64,000 nucleotides of DNA from Erysipelotrichaceae bacterium. GTDB taxonomy: Bacteria > Bacillota_I > Bacilli_A > Erysipelotrichales > Erysipelotrichaceae. The first letter of the stretch is position 1. Every line of letters begins with the position of its first letter. The stretch lies in NCBI GenBank assembly GCA_045540935.1, contig JAZQIF010000117.1:875-64874 (forward strand). The letters are read 5' to 3'. This document shows, one piece after another, positions 63,580-64,000 of the stretch. The notes beneath the pieces are model-generated. The model saw only the letters and a list, made by a program, of their open reading frames with translations. It had not been told where the DNA came from and did not search any database. A program made the translations under genes and the position numbers.

Positions 63580-64000
63580 TTCTTACTCCTTCCAAAGGGT
63601 TATAGGTATAAACATAATAGAAACTGTTTCCGCATTCATCGCATTTGAAGATATCTCTGTTGTAGGTATCAGCCATCTGGGTACGGAATTTGAGTTTATC
63701 GAGTTTGGCTTTCAGTTCTTCTTTGCGTTTTTCCTTGTTTCGATAGGTCTTCTTTTCACTTCCAAGCAGCTTATGGATCTCATCTAAGAGTTCCTGGCGC
63801 TTGGGATGATAGAAACCGTAATAGCGGACCATACGGAAATGTTTATCGGGGATATGGATGATCATCTTCTGTAACAGGTCAAGACCGAACTCTTTCACTT
63901 CGATCCTTTCTTGTGTTTTATGATCTTCATAATACCAGGTGATGTCGTCGGAATCCTTATTGTAGTATAGGATCCTTGATTCCGCCATGGCGGGACGCGA
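63497..64000 (-). mobile_element. IS91-family (Y2/rolling-circle) transposase, C-terminal part; the ORF runs off the window
   Basis: DDITWYYEDHKTQERIEVKEFGLDLLQKMIIHIPDKHFRMVRYYGFY matches the IS91/Y2_Tnp pattern (V.F.YKDY...EFIRRFLLHVLPKGFHRIRHYG). It is followed by a C-terminal FKCDECG zinc motif. The frame is open to nt 64000. Confidence 0.5.

Noticed and set aside
1-64000. CRISPR arrays, rRNA genes, prophage structural genes, and obvious toxin-antitoxin or restriction-modification modules.
   Set aside because: I saw no regularly spaced direct repeats and no rRNA-like conserved stretches. No ORFs had capsid, terminase, methyltransferase or nuclease hallmarks. The only mobile-element signal is the IS91-like fragment at the right edge.

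Overview
This 64-kb window looks like chromosomal DNA from a low-GC Gram-positive bacterium (Bacillota, possibly Erysipelotrichia- or Clostridia-like). That guess rests only on visible signals: GGAGG-type ribosome-binding sites, lipobox lipoproteins, TGnTATAAT-type promoters and hairpin plus T-tract terminators. No database search was possible. I support about 60 protein-coding genes, mostly on the + strand, and two tRNA genes: tRNA-Pro(CGG) and tRNA-Arg(TCT). I found no rRNA genes and no CRISPR array.

Content from left to right:
- nagA (5'-truncated by the window edge) and small membrane proteins.
- A MarR-controlled heterodimeric ABC exporter, followed directly by a second exporter pair. 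A third pair lies at 28.7-32.3 kb.
- An ABC importer with an unusual DUF624 and aldo/keto reductase tail.
- ppiB, gdhA, an MFS transporter and queT.
- The arginine deiminase operon arcABC, facing a convergent TIGR00300-like (AgrE-C/archaeal-type ornithine cyclodeaminase-like) gene.
- GtrA, Nudix, a lipid kinase and a DUF937 protein.
- Patatin plus an XpaC-like protein, then pyk.
- A dense nucleoside/nucleobase-processing neighbourhood at 35.9-49.2 kb: a FucI-like protein plus cdd, a nucleoside hydrolase, a nitrilase-superfamily hydrolase, an ATZ/TRZ-type amidohydrolase, three tandem translationally coupled PNP/UDP-family phosphorylase paralogues, a small membrane protein, a promoter-to-terminator structured RNA, and a BMP-family nucleoside ABC importer.
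- Flavodoxin plus an E2-like acyltransferase that lacks the catalytic His, then an MFS / alpha-beta hydrolase / GH42 operon.
- glnA, a MetRS with a KASSS motif in place of KMSKS, mtnA, an esterase and an M20 peptidase.
- After tRNA-Arg, the edge of a probable mobile element: a zinc-ribbon gene and an IS91-family transposase fragment running off the window.

The most promising candidate for an undescribed system is the 38.6-49.2 kb nucleoside locus together with its associated RNA element. All functional calls come from motif recognition by eye and should be confirmed by HMM, BLAST and covariance-model searches.
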